In this document: positions 39,301 to 48,775 of the stretch, one piece after another | Layout of the letters: the number at the start of each line of letters is the position of its first letter | Position numbering within the stretch: position 1 is the stretch's first letter | NCBI GenBank assembly: GCA_965197795.1 | Contig: OZ240228.1 | Location: 813,128 to 877,127 of the forward strand | Source of the DNA: Dehalococcoidia bacterium | Lineage (GTDB): Bacteria > Chloroflexota > Dehalococcoidia > DSTF01 > WHTK01 | DNA: 64,000 nt | Direction of reading: 5' to 3' | Made by a program: the position numbers and the translations under genes | Notes under the pieces: model-generated | Told to the model about the DNA's origin: nothing | The model's database searches: none | What the model saw: only the letters and a program-made list of their open reading frames with translations

Positions 39301-41731
39301 GGACGCGGTTCAGGATCCTGTAGGCTGCCCACACGTCAGGCCAGGTCCTCGCGTACAGGCTCCGTTGACTCTCCTCGTCGGGGCTGAGGTCAGCTCCAGA
39401 CGAAGCCTTCCTGAATAGGTCGGGAGCAGCGACTACCCTCTCTAGTTCTTTATCCATGACCTGCCGGACCAAGTTCCGGAAGTGGTTGAGTTCGAGCCCC
39501 GCAGCCGTTTGGGCAGCATCGTCGCGGCTGTCGTTGAAGACAATGGTGCGACCATCTTCGGGATTTTCGCCCATGGAGCGGACGAGGCGGTCGAGGACGA
39601 CCTGGCCCACGCGGGCGAAGCCCGTGCGGTGGCCTCTTATAGGGCTGCGCACAACCCCCCGGAAGAATGTAGACAGCTGCCTACTGTTTGGCTGCTGTGA
39701 ACCGCAAGCGGGACAGACTTCAGGCAAGGCCGCCACCTTGTGCCGTTCCGTCGGTATGTCGGCCACGTTCATAAATGTACCGGTCGCCGGACCCGCGGCT
39801 CTCGTGAGCATGCCTAGGCGGGGGTCGTAGTCGGCACCCAAAAGCGAGAAGGTGGTCCGCTTGCTCACACCGGGAGCGGTATGGTGCCAGGGGTCGAGCT
39901 TGAGCTCTGGGTCGTTCTGCCGCCTAGGCCAATACCACATGAACTCGCCCCATGTCCGGCGGTTTACCAGTGCCGACTCTTTAGAGGGGACGTCGTCTTC
40001 GGTAGGGCCGAGGAACCACTCCGTTGGTTGTGGGTCGGCAGTCCGGACCGCGAATCCGCCCAGGGAAACGTCGCCGCACTGGTCGCAGTACAGGAGCTCG
40101 AGGACTCGTGAACCACAGGAGCAAGTCGGGGTCGGCCGTGAGTAGAGGCGCCCGACCCTCCGTTGCGGGGAGTGCCAGTCGTCCTGGCCCGGCGCGCTAC
40201 AGTTGGGGTTGCTGCAGGCCCAGACCCCTGGGACGTTCCGGACAAACAAATGGGCACGGAACGGTATGGCATCCCCACCAGACTGGAGTGCCAACCCATC
40301 GAGGACTGCGTTCAACGCCGACGTGTCCCCATCGGGCTTGGTATCGAAGATGAGCTCTTCGAGGTCTCTGAGCTTGCGTGGCTTGACCTGACCGTCAGGT
40401 CCGGTGCAGGCCACTGCGACGACTGTGGCCACTTCCATCTCTCTGAGCGCCTTCCGTAGTGTGTCACTGCGGATCTCCGGCCCGAGGGCGTCGATTTCTC
40501 GGAGCGCCTCTCGCGACAGCGGCCTGGCCGCCTTCAGCGCCCGTGGCACGCCGGGGATGACGGTGAAAGTAGAACGGTCTACGCCGAAGAACTGCTCGAG
40601 GTACTCGTAGCTCGACTCTGAAGACTCCGGCAATGAGGCGCTGGTGCCAATGCACCTCAGCTGTGGCGAGTCCGGTGTCAGCCCGAGCCTGCTCAGGAAG
40701 TTGCGCACTACTAGCGCGACCTCTGTTCCTTGGGAGCCACGGTAGGTGTGAAGCTCGTCGACTACCAGCGTGAAGACATTTGACTTGTCCTCGGCTAGCC
40801 AATCCCTGGTCGCCCGGAAGAGGTGTGCCTCTCTCTGCCGCATCAGCATCACGTTGAGCATCGAGTAGTTCGTAACGAGGACGTCGGGCGGGGCCAAAAG
40901 CATGTCCCAACGGGTCAGGAGTTCCCCCTGGGTCGGGTCCGGGAACTGTGACCATAGTTCGAGGTCAGATATGCCGATGTCCCGCGACTCTGCCTCTATC
41001 TTGCGGAGCTCGTTCATAACCTCCCGGACGCGCTCCGTCCCCGTGTGCTCTGGGAGGTCGCCGGGTCCTAGCGTGACGCCGGTATAGCGGCCGAAGTAGA
41101 AACGCCTCCCACTGGAGCGTTCCCCGAGTAGGACCGCCCGGCGGAGGCGGGCTATCTGGTCTTCGACCAGCGCATTGGTCGGGTAGAGCACCGCAGCGCG
41201 GACTGCTGCCGTCCGGCCATCGTCTTTCCGCACACCACTAAACGGCTGCCGTCCCCTGGACTGGTCCCACCATTTGTCTGGTTGGGGCGGGGCGGGCCAA
41301 TTGTGGCGTTCTGCTTCCGACAACAGGCGGGCGAAGACGGGCAAGAGGAAGCTCTCGGTCTTGCCAGAGCCCGTCCCGGAGGTGACGACGGGGTTGTGGA
41401 CACCGCTGTCTTGAAAGGCGGCCCGGAGTGATGCGGCCTGGTGCGGCCTCAGTTTGAAACCCCCGTCCTCGGCTGAAAAGAGCATCCGGCCCAGCGTGTC
41501 TGCGACTGCTTGGCTGAGGCCGACGTCGGCACAGACCTGGCGTATCGACTCAACCGAGTCGTAGGGCAAGACCGGTTCAAGGAGCGGGTCGGTGAAGATG
41601 ACGTCGTCTCGGCTGAGCAGGTCGCGCCGCTCGGCCCGGATGCCAGGGTCGTCGAGGCGGAAAGCAGTATCGTAGTACCGGAGGTAGGCCTCACGGACCG
41701 ATGTGTAGACAGTAAGGGGCTGTGGGTTCAC
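36350..41731 (-). CDS. DruE-like giant DEXH-box helicase with zinc ribbons and a DUF1998-like C-terminal region (1793 aa)
   Basis: Motif I VTSGTGSGKTESFLLP, motif II VVDELHTYRGSQGTEVA, helicase-C MEVGVDIGSL...QRVGRAGRKGQP. Cys4 clusters CSNPNC...CSCGS...CDQCG and CPVCQ...CPACD. Size and architecture match Druantia DruE. Confidence 0.7.
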   Translation of the reverse strand: MNPQPLTVYTSVREAYLRYYDTAFRLDDPGIRAERRDLLSRDDVIFTDPLLEPVLPYDSVESIRQVCADVGLSQAVADTLGRMLFSAEDGGFKLRPHQAASLRAAFQDSGVHNPVVTSGTGSGKTESFLLPVFARLLSEAERHNWPAPPQPDKWWDQSRGRQPFSGVRKDDGRTAAVRAAVLYPTNALVEDQIARLRRAVLLGERSSGRRFYFGRYTGVTLGPGDLPEHTGTERVREVMNELRKIEAESRDIGISDLELWSQFPDPTQGELLTRWDMLLAPPDVLVTNYSMLNVMLMRQREAHLFRATRDWLAEDKSNVFTLVVDELHTYRGSQGTEVALVVRNFLSRLGLTPDSPQLRCIGTSASLPESSESSYEYLEQFFGVDRSTFTVIPGVPRALKAARPLSREALREIDALGPEIRSDTLRKALREMEVATVVAVACTGPDGQVKPRKLRDLEELIFDTKPDGDTSALNAVLDGLALQSGGDAIPFRAHLFVRNVPGVWACSNPNCSAPGQDDWHSPQRRVGRLYSRPTPTCSCGSRVLELLYCDQCGDVSLGGFAVRTADPQPTEWFLGPTEDDVPSKESALVNRRTWGEFMWYWPRRQNDPELKLDPWHHTAPGVSKRTTFSLLGADYDPRLGMLTRAAGPATGTFMNVADIPTERHKVAALPEVCPACGSQQPNSRQLSTFFRGVVRSPIRGHRTGFARVGQVVLDRLVRSMGENPEDGRTIVFNDSRDDAAQTAAGLELNHFRNLVRQVMDKELERVVAAPDLFRKASSGADLSPDEESQRSLYARTWPDVWAAYRILNRVPDDEEAKLTIEDFESQQGNRGDRLAWTDLLAKVEQALSTLGVNPGGPKASLQRPRGLEWWRAFPPPTGATWQQLSPAESLQVEEDLRRQLEVYLATLLFDSAGRDFESIGLGYLEPSRLSTADIPLPDAAAREVILGSVRVLGLAGRHPREGEQYPSTTVPPPLRLYLARAAANHSIGQGELTSAVENALRSSGVVDDNWNLQMAALSVVRASGEQLWKCQKCTRLHLHQAAGACTFRGCSGSLEVWTGGIDEDYFTWLTRDESRRLAVEELTGQTKPLSEQRGRQRRFKGAFLGEPKETDLTHGIDVLSVTTTMEVGVDIGSLRSVMMANMPPQRFNYQQRVGRAGRKGQPFSFALTLCRDRSHDEYYFLHSERITGDPPPPPYLDLDRAEIVRRVIASEILRLAFLQVPADQRPRQTRDSTHGAFGAASDWQAKYRDSVVPWLAHAAEAGDAVQRLTAFTGLSADDLAVLSAWAREGLAAKIDEIVNSETYIQPELSERLANAGVLPMFGFPSRVRELYGRPPRGPLDDGAAVSDRALDIAISSFAPGSEVLKDKQLHRAIGFAAWEFVGSRPVPVTNPLGTPVHVRRCPVCQAVTVAEAAGDDCPACDSAMDSFDLYQPLGFRTDFQPGDYDDEVERGYGAGFPQLAYGPTGADSFDVGGATTDVIPGADLFSINDNDQKLFAMHRFDHNSYVVADPDTYTEVPHRVAGLTGREPTLTAAIGSISPTDVLTLTVESQDLPGPTGVISTNRAHMPAGRAALWSFAEVFRLAATTELDVGPLEVRAGLQPVSSGDEPTARVFLADTLENGAGYCSQLGRPEVLNSVLKRIEEDLGDRFLRKDHADECLTSCPDCLRHYDNRHVHALLDWRLALDVNDLVRGLPLDFSRWQLTADRLVRGFAECFPEAQVDQVGGLWTASMPDSHRAVFFGHPLWRSDSSFYTAEQAEAEDQMVRHGAQEIRASDLFSLLHHSVDIISWLNGS

Positions 41732-44700
41732 GAAGTCACCTTTTCCCAGAGCAGCGATGCGACATCAGGGGGTACAGCCTGGTAGACGGAAGCCCTGTCG
41801 GAGCGACTAACCGGCGGCAAGCCAGAACAGAGCGTGGCCACGCGTCCGTAGAGTCCCGGCAGTTCGCTTCCGGCCCGGACGACCAATTCCTCCTCGGCAG
41901 GACTGTAGCTACAGGCCGGAGCCTCCGAGAGAGTGGCTGCCCACAACTTGGCGAGACGTGTCTCAGCCTGCTTGTAAACCTTTCCGTCATAGACAGCTAC
42001 TACTCGGGGGTGGGCTGGGAACCGATAAGCCGCGGTTTCGGTCAAGTCTGAGCAGTCCTGCCAGCGGTTAGATGGGGGGTCGAACTTTTGGACACCGAAG
42101 CGGGTAGGCGGAGTGATCTCGCGGGCCTGGGCCATCAGAGAAGAGAAGGGTGGCAATAGGGCGAGGGCTTCCCTTGTCGGGTCGGCACGTGCAGTTATCT
42201 CGTGGCCCAGGTCTGAGAGCTTCTCGGTGACGAATTCAACCTGACCACGCGTCAGTCCCTCCACCCTGTACCTTTTGGGGCCGTTGGCTGGCCGGGTAGT
42301 AACCACGTTGCCGCCAGCGTCCGAGACTTCTTTTTCTAGCGCCTCGACCAGCGTTTTGCTGCGTCGTCCACACAGCACAGCCGAGCCAGCGTCTGAGGAG
42401 AACGCCAAGACGGATGGCGCGACTGACCATGCCGTTGGTCGCATTTCCGCGGCGGAGAGCGCGACGTCGATATGGCCTAGGGCGACGAGTTGTCTCATGG
42501 ACTCGACAGCAAAGAGCGCAGAGTCTTCCAACTGCCTGGCGAGCTTCTCAAAGCTGCTCCAGAGGCCAGCGCCCTCGTAGGAGAGAGCTTCCAGGAGAAG
42601 GTCGAAGTCTTCTCCAGAAGTCGTGCGTGTAATGCCGAGGGCTGGCAAGAGCCTTGGCCGAAGGTCACGACGAGAGGACGGCAGTACCGTCTGGGCGCCG
42701 GTCTTTGGACGTCTCCTCCGCGGACTCGGCGGGAAGTGCCGGGACTTATTGCAGTTCTTACAGTAACCAGAGTGGGGACGATAGAAGCCAGAGAGGTTGG
42801 TCACCGCCTGAATGACCCAGTGGTGGGCACCTGTCAGACAGCCTTGGGCCGCGAGGGAGATTGGGGCAGTCTGGATAGCAGGGAGCTCATCGACTTCGTC
42901 CTCTTCTGGCCAAGGTTGAAGCTCCTCGGACAAGGCTTCAGGAGGGAGACCACTTCTGTTGCTGACCGCCTCTCCGTCTGAGGTAACGAGGACCCCTGAC
43001 AAGCTCGCGTTAGGGGCAGAATCGCTTGAGGAGGCTGATATAGCGCCAACTGGTGGGCCCGATAGGTCGTGACCAAACCAGGCGGTTGATGGCCCAGGAC
43101 GGGGGTGGTCAGCAGACCTGAGTCGTAGGGAAGCACTCGCGACGACCCTACCTCCGTCCTCTAAGAGGGCCAAGAAGTCGCCTTCTCCTAATCCACGTCC
43201 AGACAACTGGAGGACCGTGCTGCTCTCTACTGGCTCTTCGGCCAGCGCCACTTCTTTCGAGCGGTGTCCGTCCAATTCGTCAGCGTAGACCGCCAGCTTG
43301 AGGGTCTTCGTGTCGTGTGCGTTGGCGATCACGTCAGGCGGAGCGGAAACCAACCAGACGCTATTCCTGAGGCGGACTCCACCGTGGAGCTCGACCGACG
43401 TCCAAGACAGAGGCATCAAGGGGGACAAGTCGAGGTCTGTGCTGTCGAGGAGCCCGAGCACCTGCACGCTTGAGAACAGCGTCCAGCCTTCGGGCCCGTT
43501 CACAACTGTGCCCTGCGTGTGCCTCTTATAGCCGTCTCGTGCTATCCGTGTCAGCACGTCCTCCACACGGTCGGCCAACCGGTCAACAACTAGGAGCAGA
43601 CACTCGCGACCGAGCTCGACATTTCCGGCTTCGACGTACTCCCCGAGCGATTCGTCTGAGGTGAGGACGACGACGCTGCGGGGGTTTCGGACTATTGAGG
43701 AATCACCCTGGGAGGACTTAAGGTCAACCGTCCCGAGCAGGATGTCAGGGATAGAGACCAGCTCCGCGTCTTCAACTTCCAGCCAGCCCTTCACTTCACC
43801 TGGCCGGAGGTGGACTTCACCGCCAAGCTCTGCGAAAGCCAGCTGGGCGGCTTCCGCGGAACCAGGCTGCAGCACAAAAGGGCCATTCTGGAGCGAACCG
43901 GAGTCAGAGACGGCGAGTGAAAGCCTGAGGGTAGGGTGCGGCAGTCGCCTGAAAGTCGCGACGAGCGACAGACGCGCCCTCCTCCGGAGCGCGCTGTCGG
44001 TGGATTCCCGTGACACGCCGTCCCAGGCCTTTAGCTCTCCGCCGGCGATCTCAGCTACTCGTTCCCGGACTTCTACCCGGCGCCACAGCCGCTTCACCGT
44101 TTGGCTTAGCTTCGAGTGAGGGACCCAGTCCTGTAGGAGCCTCAGCATGTCGGCCCGGCTGATTACTTGGCCAGGCCGCAGGTCGTAGGCATCGAAGAGG
44201 TCGGGAAATGCCTCCCTGTCCTGTTCTCTTAACAGGGCCTGGGACAAAGGGATGCTTACGTGTATGCGGTGGTCGAGAGGGACAGCGGTCGGTACTCCGT
44301 GCTCACTTTCTTGTTCCCGCATCCAGGCGTTAAGTTGCCTCCAGAACTGGTCAATGGCGGCGTACTCTTCTTCGACTGCCTTTCGTTGTGCTTCCTGGAG
44401 GCCTAGTCCTTCGGTCAAGGGGGTGTAGAAGTTGTTACCGGCGTGCTCCAGGGTGTTCTTCATCCTGGAGGCGACCAAGCAGAAGAACGCCAGCAGGCCA
44501 ATGAACAGCGGGTGTCCACTACGACCTTTACTTGCCCAGTCGTCGAGGAAGACTTGGTGCCAATAGAAGAGGTGTGACAAGTCTCCGCCACGGTCCAACG
44601 TAGCGAGGACTGCAGACTGGAAGTCATCAACTGACCCCAGCTCCGCGTATTCACCTATCTCATTCAGTACGTCTTCGTCTGTATCTAGATAAACCGGACG

Positions 44701-44805
44701 GTCTCGGGCCACATCAGGCGAAAAGTACCGCTCGAAGATCGCGTCGTTCCAGTGGAGGTAAGGCCTCCACGCATTGAGTACTGGCCCCGAACCGGACTCA
44801 CCCAT
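41728..44805 (-). CDS. DruH-like large protein of unknown function (1025 aa), translationally coupled to the DruE-like gene
   Basis: 4-nt overlap with the downstream DruE-like start. Size and position fit DruH of type III Druantia, but no diagnostic motif is recognised. Confidence 0.4.
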   Translation of the reverse strand: MGESGSGPVLNAWRPYLHWNDAIFERYFSPDVARDRPVYLDTDEDVLNEIGEYAELGSVDDFQSAVLATLDRGGDLSHLFYWHQVFLDDWASKGRSGHPLFIGLLAFFCLVASRMKNTLEHAGNNFYTPLTEGLGLQEAQRKAVEEEYAAIDQFWRQLNAWMREQESEHGVPTAVPLDHRIHVSIPLSQALLREQDREAFPDLFDAYDLRPGQVISRADMLRLLQDWVPHSKLSQTVKRLWRRVEVRERVAEIAGGELKAWDGVSRESTDSALRRRARLSLVATFRRLPHPTLRLSLAVSDSGSLQNGPFVLQPGSAEAAQLAFAELGGEVHLRPGEVKGWLEVEDAELVSIPDILLGTVDLKSSQGDSSIVRNPRSVVVLTSDESLGEYVEAGNVELGRECLLLVVDRLADRVEDVLTRIARDGYKRHTQGTVVNGPEGWTLFSSVQVLGLLDSTDLDLSPLMPLSWTSVELHGGVRLRNSVWLVSAPPDVIANAHDTKTLKLAVYADELDGHRSKEVALAEEPVESSTVLQLSGRGLGEGDFLALLEDGGRVVASASLRLRSADHPRPGPSTAWFGHDLSGPPVGAISASSSDSAPNASLSGVLVTSDGEAVSNRSGLPPEALSEELQPWPEEDEVDELPAIQTAPISLAAQGCLTGAHHWVIQAVTNLSGFYRPHSGYCKNCNKSRHFPPSPRRRRPKTGAQTVLPSSRRDLRPRLLPALGITRTTSGEDFDLLLEALSYEGAGLWSSFEKLARQLEDSALFAVESMRQLVALGHIDVALSAAEMRPTAWSVAPSVLAFSSDAGSAVLCGRRSKTLVEALEKEVSDAGGNVVTTRPANGPKRYRVEGLTRGQVEFVTEKLSDLGHEITARADPTREALALLPPFSSLMAQAREITPPTRFGVQKFDPPSNRWQDCSDLTETAAYRFPAHPRVVAVYDGKVYKQAETRLAKLWAATLSEAPACSYSPAEEELVVRAGSELPGLYGRVATLCSGLPPVSRSDRASVYQAVPPDVASLLWEKVTS

Positions 44806-44908
44806 GTTCCACCTGCAATGTCCGTAGTCGTTCTCCCACGATTAAGAGATTGACGAATGCTAATCGCACTTAAGTGGAGGCGTAAAGGACTGAAGGTTGG
44901 AAGGTTCG

Positions 44909-45601
44909 TTACAAGGAAGAATCGCAGATGGATGTCAGCGGACACACCGTGCAGGCGGGCCTCACGTAGCGGCAGACTGTCGAACCGAGGTCGAGCAGTG
45001 CCCAGTTGAAGGTCATGTGCTGTGGTTCAGGCAAGAGCGCAGTGGCGAGCTCCTGGACGGGGCTCAGCCGAGGGGTGGGGCCTAGTTGGTCTCTGAACAC
45101 GCGTCCGAGCACGCGGACTACATTCGAATCGACTACCGCTGAAGGGACGTCGAATGCAAAAGACAGCACTGCACGAGCGGTATAAGGGCCGACGTGAGGC
45201 AACGCAGAAAGCTCTTCGAAGGAAGCAGGGATACTCCCGCCGTGTTTCTCCATGAGGACGCCCGCAAGCGCCTTCAGCCCGACTGCGCGCTGGGTATACA
45301 GCCCGACGGGCCTTAAAACACCTGAGAGTTCGTCTATCGGTGCGCGTCCCAAGCTTGCTAAGTCCGGGTACTGCTCCAAGAATTCTGGGAACGCGCGGGC
45401 TGCTGCGCGTGCCGTCGTCCGCTTCAGAAGCAGTTCTGCAATAAGCACCTCGTAAGGGGGGATGCCTCGGCGGCGCCAAGGAAATTCTCGGAACGCTGAT
45501 GGAGCCCACGCCAAAAGCAAACAGGCGAACTCGCTCAACGCCTTCGACACCTGGGTCTGGTTGCCGTTCTCCCCCACGTGACGAGCATAGCCTGGGTTCA
45601 A
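44909..45601 (-). CDS. HhH-GPD DNA glycosylase (MutY/Nth-like catalytic domain with a [4Fe-4S] cluster; no MutY C-terminal domain)
   Basis: PWRR...PYEVLIAELLLKRT, LGRAPIDELSGVLRPVGLY.QRA, LPHVGPYTARAVLSFAF...DSNVVRVLGR, C.YVRPACTVCPLTSIC. Confidence 0.7.
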   Translation of the reverse strand: MNPGYARHVGENGNQTQVSKALSEFACLLLAWAPSAFREFPWRRRGIPPYEVLIAELLLKRTTARAAARAFPEFLEQYPDLASLGRAPIDELSGVLRPVGLYTQRAVGLKALAGVLMEKHGGSIPASFEELSALPHVGPYTARAVLSFAFDVPSAVVDSNVVRVLGRVFRDQLGPTPRLSPVQELATALLPEPQHMTFNWALLDLGSTVCRYVRPACTVCPLTSICDSSL

Positions 45602-45689
45602 CCAGCTGTCCCATGTTCATGCAGGACGGGCCCGAGAGCCGAACATTGTTAGAATTCCCCAGCAGTACCCTCGCTACAGGTGGTAAGAG

Positions 45690-46436
45690 ATGACGACGCC
45701 ACAGGCCTCAGATGCCGCCGAACAGATTGTTCAGAGCGTAATGGCTAAGTATGTGGACAAGAGAGTTGCCTACTACCGGGATACGTCACTGCTCTCGAAG
45801 CTACTCCAGAAGGATCACTTGATTTTCGCTCTAAAGGGCGCGAGCACTGTGGAAGAATGGGTCATTGAGGCCTTAGCAGCCCATGAGTCCTCCTCTGAGG
45901 AGACCGTGATGGGCAACGCATGGCAGCAGATCCTGACCGACCTTTCACAATCGGTAGGGGCGGGTGACCTCTTCGTGGAGAAAGCGGGGACGCTATGGGT
46001 CATCGAAATGAAGAGTCAGACCAATACCTTGAACTCGACGGCCCTCGCTCAGACGTTGCGCGTCCTGAAAACAAAAGTAATTGAGCAGTCCCGGGTCCAC
46101 GCTCCGGGGCGTCGGGGTGTAAGACCAATGATTGGAGTCATCCGAGGGCCTGCCAGCGACGTGGACAGGGTGTTCGTTGCGGCCTCACCGGAGAACCGGG
46201 ATATCGACGGCTTTCAGTATCACTATATGGTTGGTACACCGTTTCGGGCCTGGCTCACAGGTATCGCTAACCCAGCGCAGTTGGTAACGGACCTCGCCGA
46301 GACCTCGGAGCGAGTTTCCAACGCCCGCGCGGCATGTCGGCTGAGGTTGGCCGCTGAAATGGAAGCAGTCCTGGCTCAGGAAGGCCTAGCCAGCAATATT
46401 GAGTCCGTTATTAGGTTGGTTGCCGGCAAGCTTTAG
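45690..46436 (+). CDS. putative type II restriction endonuclease, convergent with the C5-methyltransferase
   Basis: PD-(D/E)XK-like GDLFVEKAGTLWVIEMKSQ. Tail-to-tail with the dcm gene (3-bp gap). Confidence 0.4.
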   Translation: MTTPQASDAAEQIVQSVMAKYVDKRVAYYRDTSLLSKLLQKDHLIFALKGASTVEEWVIEALAAHESSSEETVMGNAWQQILTDLSQSVGAGDLFVEKAGTLWVIEMKSQTNTLNSTALAQTLRVLKTKVIEQSRVHAPGRRGVRPMIGVIRGPASDVDRVFVAASPENRDIDGFQYHYMVGTPFRAWLTGIANPAQLVTDLAETSERVSNARAACRLRLAAEMEAVLAQEGLASNIESVIRLVAGKL

Positions 46437-46438
46437 GA

Positions 46439-47755
46439 CTAGATGCTTGCTTCTGCGTAGGCCTTGACCGCAGCTGGCTCCGGTAGAAGTTCGCTAGCTG
46501 GTTGGAGCGGCGGTTGCGTTCGCTCTCCGTGTCCCGTGTCCCTAGGCTCACCCTCCGAAGTTCTTATAAGTGCACGTCCGATGGCCTCCCCAAGGCTGAC
46601 CGGAACGGCGTTCCCCAGTTGTTTGTACTTGCTCGCCGTCCTTCCGGCGAGCAAGTAGGTGTCAGGGAAGGTCTGAATCCGTTTGTACTCTTGGACTGAG
46701 AGCGGCCTGGTCTCCGTCGGGTGACAAAGGCCGGTTGCTAGCTGCGCCGGGCTGGTCGTAACCGTCGGTGACGGTTCGTTAAGCGAGAGTCGCCGCCAGA
46801 AGCCGACCCTGCCGCCCGTGGACTGGAGTGCACCTCCCATCGCACGTTCTAAGAGGCCTTCGGCAAATAGGTCTGCGTTGTCCCTGAGGTGACGCCAGTT
46901 CCTGCCCTGCGGTATCAGTGAATAGACCCGCGCTCTAAATGGACTGTACGGCGAGAACTCGGGTGGCCCTAGCGGATCCGGGACGAATGCGTCTCCCAGT
47001 GTCACCCATGGCTGCCGTCCCTCTCCCGGGTGTGAGGCGATCAGCCGGCTTTTCTTGGTGCCCACAGGTGCGCCGTGGGTGGGGCGCACGAGGTCTTGTA
47101 CCGTGAGCGGCCGGCCGGCCTCCCCGAGGAACTCCTGCGACCTGAACTCGTGCTCGCGGCTCCCGAGGACGACCACGCGCGTCCGCCGCTGCGGCACGCC
47201 GTAGTCGGCCGCGTCTACAAGGCCGGCCACGACCTCATAGCCGAGGGCCTCAAAAAGGGGCCGGATAAATGACTTGTAGAGGCTCCCGAGCTCTTCACCG
47301 GGCTGGAGCGGCACGCTGCCTTTTCCCCTCGCTGACAAGGGGCGGTGTTGAAGTGCAGCGGACAACAGCCCTCGGACGTTCTCGAAGACGAAGAACCGGG
47401 GCATTGCAGTCTTTACTATTTGGAAGTAGTGGTCGACAAGCGCGCCCCTCGGGTCATTCAGCGACTGCCGGTGGCCAGCCGTCGAGAACGCTTGGCAGGG
47501 TGGGCCACCCGTCACCGTGAAGGCCTCGCCTTGCTCCAGGCCCGCGGCGGCAAGCAGTTCTGCCCCGTTAACTTCGGTGATATCTGAGAACAGGGCGTTT
47601 GATGGGATCTCGAAGTTCTGACGCAGCGTCTCCTGAGAGTCGCGGTCGACTTCGACCCAGGCATTGAACCGGAGGCCAGCGTTCTCCAGCCCAAGATCCA
47701 GCCCACCAGCACCGGAGAATAGCGAGATAGAAGGGTCGGCGGGGGACGGTAACAT
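46439..47755 (-). CDS. dcm: DNA (cytosine-5)-methyltransferase
   Basis: Motif I ISLFSGAGGLDLG, motif IV GGPPCQAFS, ENV, QRRTRVVVLG, TFPD...GNAVP. Confidence 0.85.
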   Translation of the reverse strand: MLPSPADPSISLFSGAGGLDLGLENAGLRFNAWVEVDRDSQETLRQNFEIPSNALFSDITEVNGAELLAAAGLEQGEAFTVTGGPPCQAFSTAGHRQSLNDPRGALVDHYFQIVKTAMPRFFVFENVRGLLSAALQHRPLSARGKGSVPLQPGEELGSLYKSFIRPLFEALGYEVVAGLVDAADYGVPQRRTRVVVLGSREHEFRSQEFLGEAGRPLTVQDLVRPTHGAPVGTKKSRLIASHPGEGRQPWVTLGDAFVPDPLGPPEFSPYSPFRARVYSLIPQGRNWRHLRDNADLFAEGLLERAMGGALQSTGGRVGFWRRLSLNEPSPTVTTSPAQLATGLCHPTETRPLSVQEYKRIQTFPDTYLLAGRTASKYKQLGNAVPVSLGEAIGRALIRTSEGEPRDTGHGERTQPPLQPASELLPEPAAVKAYAEASI

Positions 47756-47796
47756 CACTTGCCCTCTAGAGGGATAATTTAGCTCTAAGCGAGCCA

Positions 47797-47818
47797 CATG
47801 TCGATCTTTGCTTAGTAG
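47797..47818 (-). repeat. repeat unit half-copy (reverse A half only), copy 4
   Basis: aTGTCGATCTTTGCTTAGTAG, 78 bp upstream of forward copy 5. The two form a short inverted pair. Confidence 0.6.
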
Positions 47819-47898
47819 CGCGTCACCTTCAGAGTCAACGGGCGTGGAGATAGGCGTCGGAGCAATCTGGTCGGGGGGATTCGTATCTCGTGGAAACA

Positions 47899-47954
47899 CT
47901 ACTAAGCAAAGATCGACAGTCAGGGCGATCCCTAGACTCCGAAGATCGACAGTC
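47899..47954 (+). repeat. bipartite repeat unit, copy 5 (forward)
   Basis: CTACTAAGCAAAGATCGACAGTC-agggcgatcccta-GACTCCGAAGATCGACAGTC. Reverse complement of copy 2. Confidence 0.8.
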
Positions 47955-48387
47955 GACCCTGAACAGGGAGGCCTGCCTGGCCTCGAGAAAAACTCACCGA
48001 AAGGCAGCGCGGTTGAGTCTCCTCTGCCACGTTGTGCCGCCGACGGTCGACCTCTCTTCTGGATGCCACAGCTGCAAGCCGCTGCCACCGCAGCAACTGG
48101 CACCCAATTGCTTCAATGGCGCTGGAGGCAGGCCTATCATTGCCATCTAATCCTCCGGCAGCAGACCGGGCGAAAGTTCAGATAGCGAGGCTAACAACCG
48201 GGGGGCTGGAAACTGAGTCAGAACGATGTCGGAGTGGTGGTTATGGCACAAGTAGTGGCGGAAATCTCACGGCCCGGAGCTGCACACAACTCCAATTTGA
48301 GGCGATTGACCGGCTCCTAGTCTCGGAACCCGTAGCTGAGGACTCAGCACCATAACTGTTGGACCCAACCCTAGCGAGGCAGCCCCC

Positions 48388-48720
48388 GTGGATTACGTCG
48401 TCAAGCCCTTCTCGCCGACCGAGCTTTCGGCCAGGCTCCGAGCGGCCCTGCGAAGGCGGGCCGTGTCCGAGCCGTCCGTGCTGGGCGACCTGGTTGTCGA
48501 CTACGCCGACCGCAGGGTGACCTTTGCCGGTCGTCCAGTCGAGTCGATGGCAATCGAGTACCGGCTGCTTGTCGAGGTTTCAGCGAACGCCGTGCGGGTG
48601 TTGACCTATGACCATCTACCGCAACGGGTCTGGGACGAGAAGAGCAGCAGCGACATGCGCCCCATGCGCATCATCGTAAGCAAGCTCCGTCGCAAGCGCC
48701 GACCACGTCGACAACCCCAT
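48388..48720 (+). pseudogene. C-terminal winged-helix (OmpR-type) fragment of a response regulator, cut at both ends
   Basis: PFSPTELSARLRAALRR...LVVDYADRRVTFAGRPVESMAIEYRLLVEVS...RVWDEKSSSDMRPMRIIVSKLRRK is a trans_reg_C domain. No receiver domain is upstream. The 3' end runs into repeat copy 6. Confidence 0.55.
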
Positions 48721-48775
48721 CTACTAAGCAAAGATCGACAGTCCCGCAGGAACCAGACTCCGAAGATCGATAGTC
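48721..48775 (+). repeat. bipartite repeat unit, copy 6 (forward); tip of the left ~230-bp terminal inverted repeat
   Basis: CTACTAAGCAAAGATCGACAGTC-ccgcaggaacca-GACTCCGAAGATCGATAGTC. Homology continues inward to about 48950 and is mirrored at 58040-58238. Confidence 0.85.
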
